A DNA stretch of 64,000 nucleotides. It comes from Takakia lepidozioides. Taxonomy: Eukaryota > Plantae > Bryophyta. The translations under genes and the position numbers were made by a program. Every line of letters starts with the position of its first letter. Position 1 is the stretch's first letter. Shown here in pieces: positions 62,352 to 64,000 of the stretch. The stretch lies in the NCBI GenBank assembly GCA_030704615.1, contig CM060732.1:24304001-24368000 (forward strand), given 5' to 3'. A model generated the notes under the pieces. That model was not told the origin of the DNA. It did no database searches and worked only from the letters and a program-made list of their open reading frames with translations.

Positions 62352-63760
62352 ATGTGGCAAAAACACCACCACCACAAGGATTTATTAGCCTTAGACAATA
62401 TTTTCTATCCAGTTGTAGTTGGATTTACTTGGCATTGTGTTTCATGTATGGAAACCCAGGGCAAGCAAAAACAGAAGCAGAAAAATGCCACAGGAGTCGA
62501 CCCTCAGTCCCCCAGGTTTTCCATACTCAGCCACCAGTACCAGGCTCTCAATATCGCTCCATGCCTAAGTACCCGGCTCCCAATCAGCATCCACCCACTG
62601 GCAATGTGGAGGGTCAGTACGCAACGGCCCCCCAACACAATTATGCAGCTGGCCATTATGGCCCTTATGCTCCTTCTCCATATCACCCACCTCCTCCTAC
62701 TGGCAGGCCACCTGAATATCCTCCGCCGTATGCACAGGTCCCATATGACCACTATGGATCCTCGAGTGGTTCCCAGCCACCATGGCCACTGATGGGTAGC
62801 TGGTCGAATCAACCCTTCAACGTTCCCGCACAGGTGCCAGCGGTTCAACCTGCAGGGGATGTGGTTCAATCAAAGGCTGACAGAACCAATGCCTTGAGAT
62901 GAGCAAATTATGTTGTGAAGGTCGCGGCATATAATGTGAAGGAAGAAAGAGAGGCAGAAGGTCTTCCTGCAACTGTAGTTGTTGTGAACAAGGCAGGAAA
63001 AGCAGTTGGTCAAACGAGGAATGTTTGGCATGCGGCCCTCAAAGGTCAAGTTCATCGTATCTGTGATCCTTCTATAGCCATCAACTATCAGCCTGATGAG
63101 ATCATTGAAGAGCTCAAAGAAATCCTGGCCAAGCTATTTGAATATGTCCCACGTGGCTTGGATGATACTGCGTTGCGAAACACAATAGGCACAATTATGA
63201 AGTCCCGACGGCATGACTTGCACAAGGAATGGCAGAAAAGTGGGGGGGAAACCCATGGACGTGTCTGATGAGCATTGGAAGAGCCTCACCTCCTACTGGA
63301 GTACAGAACAGTACTCCAAAGTGCAGACTCGCTTGAAGACAGCAAATGCCTGCATTCAAAATCACACCAAAACGGGCCGGGGAGGGAAGGACAGCATGGA
63401 GGCACGCTTAGTAAGAACCCTCATGAGCTTTCTCAATGTACTCCTCTCAATACATTCTATGAATGCCAGTCTTTAATGCTGGTTGGCTTATGGTTTAGTA
63501 CGTCAAGCAATTTTGGAGCTGAGCTTTAGTATAAAATTATTTCTGTGCTGACATGATTGTTCAATCCTGACGTTGCATTATCTTCAGTGGTTTTGTTATG
63601 GTTTTGTATGGGTGAGCCATTGAGTACAAATTGCACATTGGCTTCATATTGTTTGTTATGTTGGGTAAATATGTAGGAAAGAGAAACCGGGTGCCCCCCT
63701 ACGTTGGCTGATATACAAGAATACTCTGTCTCAAGGATGTCAGTTGGGAGCGATACGCGG
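62352..63760 (+). pseudogene. CACTA TnpA/Ptta-like (Transposase_24-type) ORF remnant with Pro-rich N-terminus
   Basis: TIMKSRRHDLHKEW..PMDVSDEHWKSLTSYWST..HTKTGRGG; intron 63411-63676; next exon ERETGCPPTLADI. Confidence 0.7.
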
Positions 63761-64000
63761 GTAAGTGAGACTCAAGGGGGGTGCTATTCTGTGAGCCCAG
63801 AGGCGTGAGCCTGTGAGCCCAGGAAACCGTGAGCCCAGCACAGGCTCACGCCATGTCAGCATGCATACAGGGCCTATTTTCGCGGGTGTCACTTATTACC
63901 GCGGGTTGATCAGCCATTTCCAGGGAATGCAGACTGGATGTGTTACATCCATTGTATCCATCCTTTCTATCCATTGCATCCATGTAGACGTTATCAACAT

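Overview
Eukaryotic, transposon-saturated genomic DNA from a land plant. Evidence for the host: PLS-class PPR fragments, CACTA elements with spliceosomal introns, and a possible CFAP206-like fragment hinting at a lineage with flagellated sperm (bryophyte, lycophyte or fern; inference). No intact host gene is evident. The main feature is a Ty3/Gypsy-type retrotransposon present in two divergent copies (about 103-11891 and 18039-24469). Its polyprotein reads Gag - protease - DNMT3-like C5-cytosine DNA methyltransferase - RT - RNase H - integrase - PHD finger. Both copies end in an unusual split terminal repeat (85 bp X / hairpin spacer / Y / 85 bp X) instead of a simple LTR. Around them are nested CACTA/EnSpm elements (two apparently carrying captured host-gene fragments), CACTA MITEs with clean TSDs, piggyBac-like TTAA-ended elements, LINE remnants, a Gag-protease retroelement remnant, and a long accessory ORF plus LTR of another retrotransposon. 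All family calls come from motif recognition by eye; no database searches were run, and coordinates inside degenerate regions are approximate.
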